The notes beneath the pieces are model-generated. The model saw only the letters and a list, made by a program, of their open reading frames with translations, was not told where the DNA came from and made no database searches. 64,000 bases of DNA, from assembly GCF_009931435.1 (NCBI RefSeq), contig NZ_CP043414.1; one strand, given 5' to 3'. Each line of letters begins with the position of its first letter. Position 1 is the stretch's first letter. Position numbers and translations under genes: made by a program. This stretch comes from Escherichia coli. Its GTDB lineage: Bacteria > Pseudomonadota > Gammaproteobacteria > Enterobacterales > Enterobacteriaceae. This document shows, in pieces, positions 23,003-36,010 of the stretch.

Positions 23003-23770
23003 ATGATAAGGCAGGTTATCCAGCGAATAAGCAACCCTGAAGCAAGCATCGAGAGCTTGCAGGAGCGGCGTTTTTGGTTGCAGTGTGAGCGTGCTTACAC
23101 CTGGCAGCCGATCTATCAAACCTGCGGACGGTTAATGGCCGTGGAGCTATTAACGGTGGTCACGCATCCCTCGAACCCTTTACAACGTCTGCCGCCGGAT
23201 CGCTATTTTACTGAAATCACCGTCAGCCATCGGATGGAGGTTGTGAAAGAGCAGATTGATTTGCTGGCGCAAAATGCCGACTTCTTTGTCGAGCACGGCC
23301 TGCTGGCATCGGTCAATATTGATGGTCCTACGCTCATCGCCCTGCGTCAGCAACCAAAAATCCTGCGCCAGATTGAGCATCTTCCCTGGCTGCGTTTCGA
23401 ACTGGTGGAACACATCCGTCTGCCGAAAGATTCAACCTTTGCCTCGATGTGTGAATTTGGCCCGCTGTGGCTGGATGATTTTGGCACCGGGATGGCAAAT
23501 TTCTCTGCGCTAAGTGAAGTGCGTTATGACTACATCAAAATCGCGCGAGAGCTGTTTGTGATGCTGCGTCAGTCGCCGGAAGGACGCACACTCTTTTCTC
23601 AGCTTTTACATCTCATGAATCGCTATTGTCGCGGGGTGATCGTCGAGGGCGTAGAAACGCCGGAAGAGTGGCGCGATGTACAGAACTCGCCCGCATTCGC
23701 CGCACAAGGCTGGTTTCTTTCACGCCCGGCACCGATAGAAACGCTGAATACGGCGGTTCTGGCGCTATAA
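23003..23770 (+). CDS. pdeH: c-di-GMP phosphodiesterase PdeH (YhjH), EAL domain
   Basis: 255-aa ORF starting MIRQVIQRISNPEAS...; matches PdeH. Confidence 0.95.
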   Translation: MIRQVIQRISNPEASIESLQERRFWLQCERAYTWQPIYQTCGRLMAVELLTVVTHPSNPLQRLPPDRYFTEITVSHRMEVVKEQIDLLAQNADFFVEHGLLASVNIDGPTLIALRQQPKILRQIEHLPWLRFELVEHIRLPKDSTFASMCEFGPLWLDDFGTGMANFSALSEVRYDYIKIARELFVMLRQSPEGRTLFSQLLHLMNRYCRGVIVEGVETPEEWRDVQNSPAFAAQGWFLSRPAPIETLNTAVLAL

Positions 23771-23839
23771 GCTGCCTCATTTTCCGCCTGGCTGGACTAT
23801 CTTTAGGACTGGCACAGGAAGAATATGAGGAAGCGAACG

Positions 23840-25900
23840 ATGAGCAAGGCAGGCAAAATAACCGCTGCTATTTCAGGGACTTTCTTGTTGTTGATTGTCG
23901 TGGCGATCATTTTGATTGCAACATTTGACTGGAATCGACTCAAACCGACCATCAACCAGAAAGTCTCTGCGGAGTTGAATCGTCCATTCGCTATCCGTGG
24001 CGATCTGGGCGTGGTGTGGGAGCGGCAAAAACAAGAAACCGGCTGGCGCAGCTGGGTGCCGTGGCCTCATGTGCATGCAGAAGACATCATTCTTGGCAAT
24101 CCGCCGGATATTCCCGAAGTAACAATGGTGCATTTGCCGCGGGTAGAAGCGACGCTGGCCCCGCTGGCGTTGCTGACCAAAACGGTCTGGCTACCGTGGA
24201 TAAAACTGGAGAAGCCCGACGCGCGTCTGATTCGTCTCTCTGAAAAGAACAATAACTGGACCTTTAATCTCGCCAATGATGACAACAAAGACATGAATGC
24301 AAAGCCGTCTGCGTGGTCGTTTCGACTGGATAATATTCTGTTCGATCAAGGGCGGATCGCTATTGATGACAAAGTAAGCAAAGCGGATCTGGAAATTTTT
24401 GTCGATCCGTTAGGCAAGCCGCTGCCGTTCAGTGAAGTTACCGGATCGAAAGGTAAAGCGGACAAAGAAAAGGTGGGCGATTACGTTTTTGGTCTGAAGG
24501 CGCAGGGACGTTATAACGGTGAACCGCTCACGGGCAAAGGTAAAATCGGCGGTATGCTGGCACTACGCGGCGAAGGTACACCGTTTCCGGTACAGGCTGA
24601 TTTCCGCTCCGGGAATACTCGCGTCGCTTTTGATGGCGTCGTGAATGACCCAATGAAGATGGGCGGTGTCGATTTACGGCTTAAATTTTCTGGCGATTCG
24701 CTGGGTGATCTCTATGAACTGACGGGCGTTCTGCTGCCCGATACCCCGCCGTTTGAAACCGATGGTCGGCTGGTCGCGAAAATCGACACTGAAAAATCGT
24801 CGGTATTTGATTATCGAGGCTTTAATGGGCGCATTGGCGATAGTGATATTCACGGTTCTCTGATCTACACCACCGGCAAGCCACGGCCAAAACTGGAAGG
24901 TGATGTCGAATCGCGGCAATTGCGGCTGGCAGATTTAGGGCCATTGATTGGCGTTGATTCTGGAAAAGGTGCAGAAAAGTCGAAACGGTCTGAGCAGAAG
25001 AAAGGCGAAAAAAGCGTTCAGCCTGCGGGCAAAGTGCTGCCTTATGACCGCTTCGAAACCGATAAATGGGACGTCATGGATGCCGATGTCCGCTTCAAAG
25101 GTCGGCGCATTGAACATGGTAGTAGCTTGCCGATTAGCGATCTCTCTACCCATATCATCCTCAAAAATGCTGACCTGCGCCTGCAACCGCTGAAATTTGG
25201 CATGGCAGGCGGCAGCATTGCGGCGAATATTCATCTGGAAGGTGATAAAAAACCGATGCAGGGGCGGGCTGATATTCAGGCGCGTCGGCTGAAACTGAAA
25301 GAACTGATGCCCGATGTAGAACTGATGCAGAAGACGCTGGGGGAAATGAACGGTGACGCGGAACTACGCGGTAGCGGTAACTCGGTGGCGGCGCTTTTAG
25401 GCAACAGTAACGGCAACCTGAAACTGTTGATGAATGACGGGCTGGTGAGCCGCAACCTGATGGAGATTGTCGGCCTGAATGTCGGCAACTACATTGTCGG
25501 TGCGATATTTGGTGATGATGAGGTGCGGGTGAACTGCGCGGCGGCGAATCTGGATATTGCCAACGGTGTGGCGCGTCCGCAGATTTTTGCTTTTGATACT
25601 GAGAATGCGTTGATCAATGTTACCGGCACGGCAAGTTTTGCTTCGGAACAGCTGGATTTAACTATCGATCCAGAAAGTAAAGGGATTCGCATTATCACAC
25701 TGCGTTCGCCGCTGTATGTGCGTGGGACATTTAAAAATCCGCAGGCTGGGGTGAAAGCCGGGCCGTTGATTGCCCGTGGTGCTGTTGCGGCGGCACTGGC
25801 AACGCTGGTAACACCGGCGGCGGCGTTACTGGCGCTGATCTCTCCTTCCGAAGGGGAGGCTAATCAGTGTCGGACGATTTTGTCGCAGATGAAGAAGTGA
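23840..25900 (+). CDS. yhjG: AsmA-family inner-membrane-anchored protein YhjG
   Basis: 686-aa ORF starting MSKAGKITAAISGTFLLL...; matches YhjG. Confidence 0.9.
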   Translation: MSKAGKITAAISGTFLLLIVVAIILIATFDWNRLKPTINQKVSAELNRPFAIRGDLGVVWERQKQETGWRSWVPWPHVHAEDIILGNPPDIPEVTMVHLPRVEATLAPLALLTKTVWLPWIKLEKPDARLIRLSEKNNNWTFNLANDDNKDMNAKPSAWSFRLDNILFDQGRIAIDDKVSKADLEIFVDPLGKPLPFSEVTGSKGKADKEKVGDYVFGLKAQGRYNGEPLTGKGKIGGMLALRGEGTPFPVQADFRSGNTRVAFDGVVNDPMKMGGVDLRLKFSGDSLGDLYELTGVLLPDTPPFETDGRLVAKIDTEKSSVFDYRGFNGRIGDSDIHGSLIYTTGKPRPKLEGDVESRQLRLADLGPLIGVDSGKGAEKSKRSEQKKGEKSVQPAGKVLPYDRFETDKWDVMDADVRFKGRRIEHGSSLPISDLSTHIILKNADLRLQPLKFGMAGGSIAANIHLEGDKKPMQGRADIQARRLKLKELMPDVELMQKTLGEMNGDAELRGSGNSVAALLGNSNGNLKLLMNDGLVSRNLMEIVGLNVGNYIVGAIFGDDEVRVNCAAANLDIANGVARPQIFAFDTENALINVTGTASFASEQLDLTIDPESKGIRIITLRSPLYVRGTFKNPQAGVKAGPLIARGAVAAALATLVTPAAALLALISPSEGEANQCRTILSQMKK

Positions 25901-25907
25901 TGGAAAC

Positions 25908-26005
25908 TGCCGGATGCGGCGTGAACGCCTTATCCGGCCTACAAATCCTTGCGAATTCAATATATTTTATGGAAGTTCAGGCCTGATAAGCGTAGCGCAT
26001 CAGGC
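25908..26005. repeat. REP/BIME elements between convergent yhjG and yhjE
   Basis: gccggatgcggcgtgaacgccttatccggcctac and gcctgataagcgtagcgcatcaggc are classic REP palindromes. Confidence 0.75.
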
Positions 26006-26019
26006 AATTTTCAACCTTA

Positions 26020-27342
26020 TTACAACGACTGATGTCGCGTCTCATGGGTCAGCAGCAGGGCGATTAACGTCAAGCCAGCCATCGCCGCCAGATATAACCC
26101 CACCGCACCTAACCCGTAGTTAGTCTGCAACCAGGCTGCGATATATGGTGCAACGGAAGCCCCGAGAATCGACGCTACGTTGTAAGAGAACGATGCTCCG
26201 GTGTAACGCACTTCTGTCGGGAACAGCTCTGGTAACAGCGCGCCCATCGGCCCGAAGGTCAGTCCCATCAGACTTAACCCCAGCAGCAGGAAGGCAAAAA
26301 CCAGAATCGGGTTGCCAGAACCGAGCAGCGGGTTAAAGGCGAACAGCGCGAACAGGATGATCAGCGTGGTGATGATTACCATGCTTTTACGGCGACCAAA
26401 GGCATCAGCCAGTAATCCGGCGACTGGCACCATCACGCCAAAACCAATCACTGCCATCATCAGCATCCACAATACTTCGTTACGCGGCAGGCCAAGCCCA
26501 ACTGGCGCGGCGGCGGTACTGAAGGTCATTGAGTAGACCGTCATGATGTAAAACAGCGTATAGGTTGCCAGCATAATGAACGTACCCAGTACGGTTACGC
26601 GAACATGTTTGGTCAGCAGCGTACCCAGCGGGATCTTCACCTGTTTTTTCGCTTTAGCGACTTTCTCAAACACCGGCGACTCATGCAGCGATACGCGAAC
26701 ATACAGGCCGATAATGACCAGCACCGCCGAGAAGATAAATGGCACCCGCCAGCCCCAGCTCATAAACTGCTCGTCGGTCAGTAGCCAGGAAAGCAGTAAG
26801 AAAGTGCCGTTGGCAAAGAAGAAGCCAATCGGTGCGCCCAGTTGCGGGAAGGAGCCATACAGTGCACGTTTGCGCGGTGGTGCGTTCTCGGTTGCCAGCA
26901 GCGCCGCTCCGCCCCATTCGCCGCCTAAGCCCAGACCCTGACCAAATCGAGCCAGTGCCAGCAGCAGCGGGGCGAAAATACCAATCGTGGCATAGCCCGG
27001 CAGCAGACCAATCACCACGGTCGAAATCCCCATCGTTAGCAACGAGGCGACCAGCGTCGCTTTACGCCCAACGCGATCGCCAAAATGACCAAAGACGGCA
27101 GAGCCAATAGGGCGCGCGACGAAGGCGATGGCGAAGGTGGCAAGCGACTGTAGCGTTGCTGCCGTAGGATCGCCCTGCGGGAAGAAGATATGCGGAAACA
27201 CAATAACGGCCGCAGTGGCGTAAATATAAAAGTCGAAGAACTCAATGGCCGTGCCAATGAGAGAGGCGACAAGGACTTTATTACGCGAGTTGATCGGCGT
27301 GTATTCTTGCTCGTGGTCGAGTGTTGTGGCTGTTGCTTGCAT
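26020..27342 (-). CDS. yhjE: MFS metabolite:H+ symporter YhjE
   Basis: 440-aa polytopic membrane ORF; matches YhjE. Confidence 0.9.
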   Translation of the reverse strand: MQATATTLDHEQEYTPINSRNKVLVASLIGTAIEFFDFYIYATAAVIVFPHIFFPQGDPTAATLQSLATFAIAFVARPIGSAVFGHFGDRVGRKATLVASLLTMGISTVVIGLLPGYATIGIFAPLLLALARFGQGLGLGGEWGGAALLATENAPPRKRALYGSFPQLGAPIGFFFANGTFLLLSWLLTDEQFMSWGWRVPFIFSAVLVIIGLYVRVSLHESPVFEKVAKAKKQVKIPLGTLLTKHVRVTVLGTFIMLATYTLFYIMTVYSMTFSTAAAPVGLGLPRNEVLWMLMMAVIGFGVMVPVAGLLADAFGRRKSMVIITTLIILFALFAFNPLLGSGNPILVFAFLLLGLSLMGLTFGPMGALLPELFPTEVRYTGASFSYNVASILGASVAPYIAAWLQTNYGLGAVGLYLAAMAGLTLIALLLTHETRHQSL

Positions 27343-27651
27343 AATCTTTTCTTATTTTTTGGCTAACGAATAGCCATATTACGCACAGCAAAAGTGATAT
27401 TTCAATGTGTAACAAATCGCGGAGTTGGTCGAAAATCAGCCAAAAAGGGAATAATGTTTAAGCTGGTGATTTTTCTTCTATGAAATGCTTCACATAATTT
27501 CATAAATGGTGGATAAAACTGGTTTTAGGTTAAATAAAAGTTACCAACTGGATTTATATGCTGGAGTAATGAGTTGGAATGAAATTGTTTGCTCCTAAGA
27601 GATGACAGAAAAGGCTCTGGGGAAGAGTTTAAGTGGTTATGTGCGCATGAT

Positions 27652-27735
27652 AGCCGGATGCGATGCTGGCGCATTTTATCCGGCCTACGGGGAGCCAGGC
27701 CGAATAAATTCGTAGGCCGGATAAGGCGTTACGCT
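27652..27735. repeat. Inverted pair of REP elements (BIME) downstream of yhjD
   Basis: gccggatgcgatgctggcgcattttatccggcctac and gtaggccggataaggcgttacgctgcatccggc. Confidence 0.75.
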
Positions 27736-27749
27736 GCATCCGGCATATT

Positions 27750-28763
27750 TTAAGACTGCGTTTTCCCCGGCATTCTCGGGTCGTCTTTGTATTCGGCGGT
27801 GGCAATCCACGCCGCGCAAAACAGCGTCAGACGAGCGAAGAAGTAGAAAAACGCCATCAGTCCCAGCACGGAGCCAAATGCTGCGCCAGACGGAGATTTC
27901 ATCAGCGATGGCAGTGTGTAGGTCATCACGATTTTAATCACTTCAAAACCTATAGCAGCAAGAAATGTTCCGCGAATTAGCGCTTTTTTGCGCGGACGGT
28001 GGCGCGGCAATCGCCAAAAGATCCAGAAGAAAAGCAGATAGTTGGCGAAGATGGAAATCGCAAGACCAATCAACCGCCACGTTGGTTTCAGCCACTCAAT
28101 GCTGTTCAGGTGCAGGGCGCTAATAATCATTTGCTGCGCCGAACCGGCAACCGAGGTGATCGAAAGCGTCACAATGAGCGCAATCAACAAACCAATCAGC
28201 GAAATAAAATCACGCAGATATTTAACCCAAAATTTTTCCTGATCCTGTGGCGAACGTTCCCAGACATCGCGCGATTGAGCGCGAATCGCTTCACGCAGGT
28301 TACCCATCCAGTTGATGCCGGAATAAAGCGCCACCGCCAGGCCGACAAGCCCTACCGTCGTACGCTGTTGAACGGCGGTATTGATGGTGTTTTTCAATGT
28401 AGCTGCCAGCGTCGGATCGCTAATATTTTGCAGAATTTTGTCGAAGATATCCTGCAGCAGCATCGGATGGGAGGCCAGAACGAAACCAGCGGCGGCAAAC
28501 GACACCATCAAAATCGGAATCATCGACAAAAATGAGAAATAGGTGATAGCCGCACCAAACTGATTCCCCAGCCGATCGTTAAAGCGTTCAGTCGCGCGAA
28601 TCAGGTGCGCAATAATCGGTTGGCGTTGGACTTTTTCGGCAGTAGTGGTGACGGTTTCCAGCGCCTGGCTAACTTTGCCGCCTTTCTCGCTATTATCCAG
28701 CGGTTTAATCGGCTCGAGCTCCAGATCCTGGGTGGGACGTTTAATCTCGTTTTCCTGCGTCAT
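27750..28763 (-). CDS. yhjD: YihY/BrkB-family inner membrane protein YhjD
   Basis: 337-aa membrane ORF; matches YhjD. Confidence 0.9.
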   Translation of the reverse strand: MTQENEIKRPTQDLELEPIKPLDNSEKGGKVSQALETVTTTAEKVQRQPIIAHLIRATERFNDRLGNQFGAAITYFSFLSMIPILMVSFAAAGFVLASHPMLLQDIFDKILQNISDPTLAATLKNTINTAVQQRTTVGLVGLAVALYSGINWMGNLREAIRAQSRDVWERSPQDQEKFWVKYLRDFISLIGLLIALIVTLSITSVAGSAQQMIISALHLNSIEWLKPTWRLIGLAISIFANYLLFFWIFWRLPRHRPRKKALIRGTFLAAIGFEVIKIVMTYTLPSLMKSPSGAAFGSVLGLMAFFYFFARLTLFCAAWIATAEYKDDPRMPGKTQS

Positions 28764-28811
28764 CCGCTCTTTTATCCTTCTGTCTTGATCATTCTTAAAA
28801 AGTATAGTCGG

Positions 28812-29711
28812 TCAGTCCAGGTACTCTTTCATTACGCCAGCCAGCCACTGCATAAACAGGTTTACACGCCGGGAAAGCTCCCGACGCTGCGGATAAACCA
28901 GCGAAAGGGAGAGCGGCTCGGCACGGTAGCCAGGTAATACTTCAATAAGCCGCCCGGCACGCAGGGCTTCGCGCACGGCAATGCGCGGGATCTGAATAAT
29001 CCCCAGACCGGCAAGACCGGCGGCGAGATAGTTTTCGCTACTGTTTACCGTCAACATGCCGCCAGACTTAAACCACTGGACACCATTAACGCTGGCAACC
29101 TCAAAACCTAACGGATGTACGCCCAGGTGCGGTGTGTAACGCACTATTGCGTGTGAAGTCAGATCATCGGGGCTTTGCGGATAACCAAAGCGCGTCAGAT
29201 AGTGCGGACTGGCACAGTTGACCATGGTCAGTTTGCCGAGGGGACAGGCGATAACACCATCTTCCGATAACGCGCCAGTGCGTATCACGCAATCAAAACC
29301 ATCATGAAGAATATCTACCGGACGGTCATGGCTACTCAGTTCCAGCTCAATTCCCGGATGCTGATAGAGAAATTCCGACAGGCGCGGCAGTAACAGGCTT
29401 TTCGCGATTCCTGGTGGGATGTCGATGCGTAATTTACCGCTGATACTGGTGGCATCCTGTTGAAACAGACCGTCCAGTTCGTTGAGATTACTCAACACAT
29501 CTTTTGCCCGTTGATAATAGGTCATGCCTTCTGGCGTGAGTTTGACCCGTCGCGTGGTGCGCTGGAGAAGCTGGGTGCCAAGTTGATGTTCCAGTGCCTG
29601 TATCTGGCGCGAAACACTTCCCTTTGGCAAAGCAAAGAAATCCGCTGCGCGGGAAAAACTTTCCAGCTCCGCGACTTTGATGAACAACTGCATTGCGTGA
29701 ATTTTATCCAT
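28812..29711 (-). CDS. yhjC: LysR-family transcriptional regulator YhjC
   Basis: 299-aa ORF with N-terminal HTH; matches YhjC. Confidence 0.9.
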   Translation of the reverse strand: MDKIHAMQLFIKVAELESFSRAADFFALPKGSVSRQIQALEHQLGTQLLQRTTRRVKLTPEGMTYYQRAKDVLSNLNELDGLFQQDATSISGKLRIDIPPGIAKSLLLPRLSEFLYQHPGIELELSSHDRPVDILHDGFDCVIRTGALSEDGVIACPLGKLTMVNCASPHYLTRFGYPQSPDDLTSHAIVRYTPHLGVHPLGFEVASVNGVQWFKSGGMLTVNSSENYLAAGLAGLGIIQIPRIAVREALRAGRLIEVLPGYRAEPLSLSLVYPQRRELSRRVNLFMQWLAGVMKEYLD

Positions 29712-30229
29712 TTCTTTGACCGATTGTTGTTCACAGCGAAACAGTAACGCGCATATCGCATTGTTTATTGTTTTTCTAACATCTAATGCCGGGTTTCACA
29801 ATGTTGTCATGACGAATGTGGCGATTTCTCAGTAGGAAAAGGGGAGAATAGCTTTATGAGAACGGTGAATCCCCTTAAACAGAGCGTATTTTTCAGCGAT
29901 TCCCTTTAAAGTGAACAGAGGACGTATTGGCTATTTGTGCTTATTTTTGTCTCATTGCCGTTTGTTATTTTGGCTTGTGGTCGCGGAATTTCATTTTTAA
30001 TTGCATGCGTACTAGCCATCAATATAAGGAAATCCTCAAAATTGTTTTAAATAATGCCCTCGACATGTAATTTCAGGCGTTTAGCTGTAACTATTTATAT
30101 CGGTAACTATTTTCTACGCGTCATCTCTGTAGAATGGCCACCGCCAAATGGCGAATTCTTATTTTTTCTCGCGGGTAATACCCTTCCACTACTTAAGTCT
30201 TTTTAACGTATTCAGGTGGAGATTCAGTT

Positions 30230-30832
30230 ATGCAAATAGTCATGTTTGACAGGCAGTCAATATTTATTCATGGAATGAAAATCAGTTTACAGCATCGTAT
30301 TCCAGGAGTGAGTATTCAGGGGGCCAGTCAGGCAGACGAGTTATGGCAAAAGCTGGAAAGTTACCCTGAAGCCTTAGTGATGCTCGATGGCGATCAGGAT
30401 GGTGAGTTTTGCTACTGGTTGCTGCAAAAAACCGTGGTGCAATTTCCTGAGGTTAAGGTGTTAATTACGGCGACGGATTGCAACAAACGGTGGTTACAGG
30501 AAGTTATTCATTTTAATGTGCTGGCCATTGTGCCTCGTGATTCAACCGTCGAGACATTTGCGTTGGCGGTCAATAGTGCGGCGATGGGGATGATGTTTCT
30601 GCCGGGAGACTGGCGAACGACGCCGGAAAAGGACATTAAAGATCTCAAATCGTTAAGCGCCCGCCAGCGGGAGATTTTAACCATGTTAGCGGCGGGCGAA
30701 TCAAATAAAGAGATCGGCAGGGCGCTGAATATCAGTACCGGAACGGTAAAAGCGCATCTGGAATCCCTGTATCGCCGTCTGGAAGTGAAAAATCGCACCC
30801 AGGCGGCAATGATGTTAAATATCTCCTCCTGA
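30230..30832 (+). CDS. yhjB: LuxR/FixJ-type regulator YhjB
   Basis: 200-aa ORF with C-terminal LuxR HTH; matches YhjB. Confidence 0.9.
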   Translation: MQIVMFDRQSIFIHGMKISLQHRIPGVSIQGASQADELWQKLESYPEALVMLDGDQDGEFCYWLLQKTVVQFPEVKVLITATDCNKRWLQEVIHFNVLAIVPRDSTVETFALAVNSAAMGMMFLPGDWRTTPEKDIKDLKSLSARQREILTMLAAGESNKEIGRALNISTGTVKAHLESLYRRLEVKNRTQAAMMLNISS

Positions 30833-30882
30833 AGAGGATAATTTTACAGCCAGCAGGACGTTAGCGGCTGGCTGTAAAAATA

Positions 30883-32562
<1,680 letters not shown>

Positions 32563-32936
32563 TTATCGGGCTTTTCTTTAAGGGTAGTCATTCGCTCCGC
32601 CTGGTGGGCGACAAAGCGTGCGGTGGATCACGTTTATTAACTTGTCAAAAAATATAACGCACTAATATCAATAGAATTTATAAAAATACGGATTCCGTGT
32701 TGTTTTTCATTTTCAGAACATTCAATCCTGCTCTCGCCGCAATCATGATATGCCATTCCTGCTCTGTATAATAGGTACAGACTATCTTATTGATAGTTTA
32801 TATTCATGTAATTGATTGATTCCTATCAAAAAGCGTATTTCCCTGTTTTTTATGATGGCTTTGTCTCGCAGAGACGTTTGCAGCATTCTGGAAAATTTTC
32901 TGGGTCACAATAACTCACCACCGTGAGGGAAGAATA

Positions 32937-34334
32937 ATGAAAATGGTCTCACGTATTACCGCGATCGGCCTGGCTGGCGTCGCGATTTGCTATTTAGGGT
33001 TATCTGGTTATGTGTGGTACCACGATAATAAACGCAGTAAACAGGCCGATGTTCAGGCATCTGCTGTCAGTGAAAATAATCAGGTTTTAGGTTTTCTTCG
33101 CGAAAAAGGATGCGACTATTGTCATACGCCTTCGGCAGAATTACCCGCCTATTATTATATTCCTGGCGCGAAACAGTTGATGGATTACGACATTAAGCTT
33201 GGATATAAATCTTTTAACCTCGAGGCCGTGCGTGCGGCTCTGTTGGCAGATAAACCCGTTTCGCAAAGCGATCTGAATAAGATTGAATGGGTGATGCAGT
33301 ATGAAACTATGCCGCCAACGCGTTACACCGCGCTACACTGGGCGGGTAAGGTGAGTGATGAAGAGCGGGCGGAAATACTTGCCTGGATTGCAAAACAGCG
33401 CGCGGAATATTACGCCAGTAATGATACTGCTCCGGAGCATCGCAATGAACCGGTGCAGCCTATTCCGCAAAAACTGCCTACCGATGCGCAAAAAGTGGCG
33501 TTGGGTTTTACGCTGTATCATGATCCCCGTTTATCGGCTGATAGCACCATTTCATGTGCACATTGCCATGCGTTAAATGCGGGTGGCGTTGATGGCAGAA
33601 AAACGTCGATTGGTGTTGGTGGTGCCGTTGGACCGATTAACGCACCGACGGTATTTAACTCAGTATTTAACGTTGAGCAGTTCTGGGATGGTCGTGCGGC
33701 AACATTGCAGGATCAGGCGGGTGGACCGCCGTTGAACCCGATTGAAATGGCGTCGAAATCCTGGGACGAAATTATTGCTAAGCTGGAAAAAGATCCGCAG
33801 CTTAAAGCGCAGTTCCTCGAAGTCTATCCGCAAGGTTTCAGTGGCGAAAATATTACTGATGCTATTGCTGAATTTGAGAAAACATTAATTACGCCGGATT
33901 CCCCATTTGATAAATGGTTGCGTGGAGATGAGAATGCGCTGACGGCGCAACAGAAAAAAGGCTATCAATTATTTAAAGATAATAAATGTGCAACTTGTCA
34001 TGGTGGTATTATTCTCGGCGGACGTTCTTTCGAGCCGTTGGGGCTGAAAAAAGACTTTAACTTTGGGGAAATTACGGCGGCGGATATTGGTCGTATGAAT
34101 GTTACTAAAGAAGAGCGTGATAAATTGCGTCAGAAAGTACCCGGTTTACGTAACGTTGCTTTAACGGCACCGTACTTCCATCGCGGTGACGTGCCGACGC
34201 TGGACGGGGCGGTAAAACTGATGCTGCGCTATCAGGTAGGCAAAGAGCTGCCGCAGGAAGATGTGGATGATATCGTAGCTTTCCTGCACAGTCTGAACGG
34301 GGTATATACGCCGTATATGCAGGATAAACAATAA
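32937..34334 (+). CDS. yhjA: Di-heme cytochrome c peroxidase YhjA
   Basis: 465-aa ORF with CxxCH motifs (CDYCH, CAHCH, CATCH). Confidence 0.9.
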   Translation: MKMVSRITAIGLAGVAICYLGLSGYVWYHDNKRSKQADVQASAVSENNQVLGFLREKGCDYCHTPSAELPAYYYIPGAKQLMDYDIKLGYKSFNLEAVRAALLADKPVSQSDLNKIEWVMQYETMPPTRYTALHWAGKVSDEERAEILAWIAKQRAEYYASNDTAPEHRNEPVQPIPQKLPTDAQKVALGFTLYHDPRLSADSTISCAHCHALNAGGVDGRKTSIGVGGAVGPINAPTVFNSVFNVEQFWDGRAATLQDQAGGPPLNPIEMASKSWDEIIAKLEKDPQLKAQFLEVYPQGFSGENITDAIAEFEKTLITPDSPFDKWLRGDENALTAQQKKGYQLFKDNKCATCHGGIILGGRSFEPLGLKKDFNFGEITAADIGRMNVTKEERDKLRQKVPGLRNVALTAPYFHRGDVPTLDGAVKLMLRYQVGKELPQEDVDDIVAFLHSLNGVYTPYMQDKQ

Positions 34335-34445
34335 TTAATTTGATCGCCCGAACAGGAATGTTTGGGCGATTTTTATTACGACAATAAAGTCTGTTTTTAA
34401 TATTATCATGTTAAACGTTTATATTATAAAAAGTCCTTTTTCTGC

Positions 34446-34465
34446 TTAGGATTTTGTTATTTAAA
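34446..34465 (+). promoter_or_regulatory. GAD box upstream of gadA (GadE/GadX/GadW binding site)
   Basis: Exact TTAGGATTTTGTTATTTAAA about 80 bp upstream of the gadA ATG. Confidence 0.8.
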
Positions 34466-34544
34466 TTAAGCCGGTAATGCCTTGCTTCCATTGCGGATAA
34501 ATCCTACTTTTTTATTGCCTTCAAATAAATTTAAGGAGTTCGAA

Positions 34545-35945
34545 ATGGACCAGAAGCTGTTAACGGATTTCCGCTCAGAACTACTCGATTCACGTTTTGG
34601 CGCAAAGGCCATTTCTACTATCGCGGAGTCAAAACGATTTCCGCTGCACGAAATGCGCGATGATGTCGCATTCCAGATTATCAATGATGAATTATATCTT
34701 GATGGCAACGCTCGTCAGAACCTGGCCACTTTCTGCCAGACCTGGGACGACGAAAACGTCCATAAATTGATGGATTTGTCGATCAACAAAAACTGGATCG
34801 ACAAAGAAGAATATCCGCAATCTGCAGCTATCGACCTGCGTTGCGTAAACATGGTTGCTGACCTGTGGCATGCGCCTGCGCCGAAAAATGGTCAGGCCGT
34901 TGGCACCAACACCATTGGCTCTTCCGAGGCCTGTATGCTCGGCGGGATGGCGATGAAATGGCGTTGGCGCAAGCGTATGGAAGCCGCAGGCAAGCCAACG
35001 GATAAACCTAATCTGGTGTGCGGCCCGGTACAAATCTGCTGGCATAAATTTGCCCGTTACTGGGATGTGGAGCTGCGTGAAATCCCTATGCGCCCCGGTC
35101 AGTTGTTTATGGATCCGAAACGCATGATTGAAGCCTGCGACGAAAACACCATCGGCGTGGTGCCGACTTTCGGCGTGACCTACACCGGTAACTATGAATT
35201 CCCGCAACCGCTGCATGATGCACTGGATAAATTCCAGGCCGACACCGGTATCGACATCGACATGCACATCGACGCCGCCAGCGGTGGCTTCCTGGCACCG
35301 TTCGTCGCCCCGGATATCGTCTGGGACTTCCGCCTGCCGCGTGTGAAATCGATCAGTGCTTCAGGCCATAAATTCGGTCTGGCTCCGCTGGGCTGCGGCT
35401 GGGTTATCTGGCGTGATGAAGAAGCGCTGCCGCAGGAACTGGTGTTCAACGTTGACTATCTCGGTGGTCAGATTGGGACTTTCGCCATCAACTTCTCCCG
35501 CCCGGCGGGTCAGGTGATTGCACAGTATTATGAATTCCTGCGCCTCGGTCGTGAAGGCTATACCAAAGTACAGAACGCTTCCTACCAGGTTGCCGCTTAT
35601 CTGGCGGATGAAATCGCCAAACTGGGGCCGTATGAGTTCATCTGTACCGGTCGCCCGGACGAAGGCATCCCGGCGGTTTGCTTCAAACTGAAAGATGGTG
35701 AAGACCCGGGATACACCCTCTACGACCTCTCTGAACGTCTGCGCCTGCGCGGCTGGCAGGTTCCGGCCTTCACTCTCGGCGGTGAAGCCACTGACATCGT
35801 GGTGATGCGCATTATGTGCCGTCGTGGCTTCGAAATGGACTTTGCTGAACTGTTACTGGAAGACTACAAAGCCTCCCTGAAATACCTCAGCGATCACCCG
35901 AAACTGCAGGGTATAGCCCAGCAGAACAGCTTTAAACACACCTGA
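34545..35945 (+). CDS. gadA: Glutamate decarboxylase GadA (466 aa)
   Basis: Starts [19 protein letters not shown]...; called gadA and not gadB because gadX follows. Confidence 0.95.
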   Translation: MDQKLLTDFRSELLDSRFGAKAISTIAESKRFPLHEMRDDVAFQIINDELYLDGNARQNLATFCQTWDDENVHKLMDLSINKNWIDKEEYPQSAAIDLRCVNMVADLWHAPAPKNGQAVGTNTIGSSEACMLGGMAMKWRWRKRMEAAGKPTDKPNLVCGPVQICWHKFARYWDVELREIPMRPGQLFMDPKRMIEACDENTIGVVPTFGVTYTGNYEFPQPLHDALDKFQADTGIDIDMHIDAASGGFLAPFVAPDIVWDFRLPRVKSISASGHKFGLAPLGCGWVIWRDEEALPQELVFNVDYLGGQIGTFAINFSRPAGQVIAQYYEFLRLGREGYTKVQNASYQVAAYLADEIAKLGPYEFICTGRPDEGIPAVCFKLKDGEDPGYTLYDLSERLRLRGWQVPAFTLGGEATDIVVMRIMCRRGFEMDFAELLLEDYKASLKYLSDHPKLQGIAQQNSFKHT

Positions 35946-35964
35946 TAACATAATTTTGTAAAAA

Positions 35965-36010
35965 CCGAATGCCCCGACCTTAAAAAACAGGTGGGGCATT
36001 CGGTTACTTA
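35965..36010 (+). terminator. Stem-loop downstream of gadA
   Basis: ccgaatgcccc...ggggcattcgg palindrome; weak U-tail. Confidence 0.4.

Noticed and set aside
21842-23119. Long N-terminal extensions in the ORF track (kdgK 425 aa, chuV 307 aa, gadE 201 aa, bcsA 888 aa, bcsB 808 aa)
   Set aside because: Longest-ORF artifacts. Internal start codons give the known protein lengths and sensible gene spacing.
27999-28535. 178-aa ORF on the + strand inside yhjD
   Set aside because: Antisense to yhjD; highly basic, low-complexity product.
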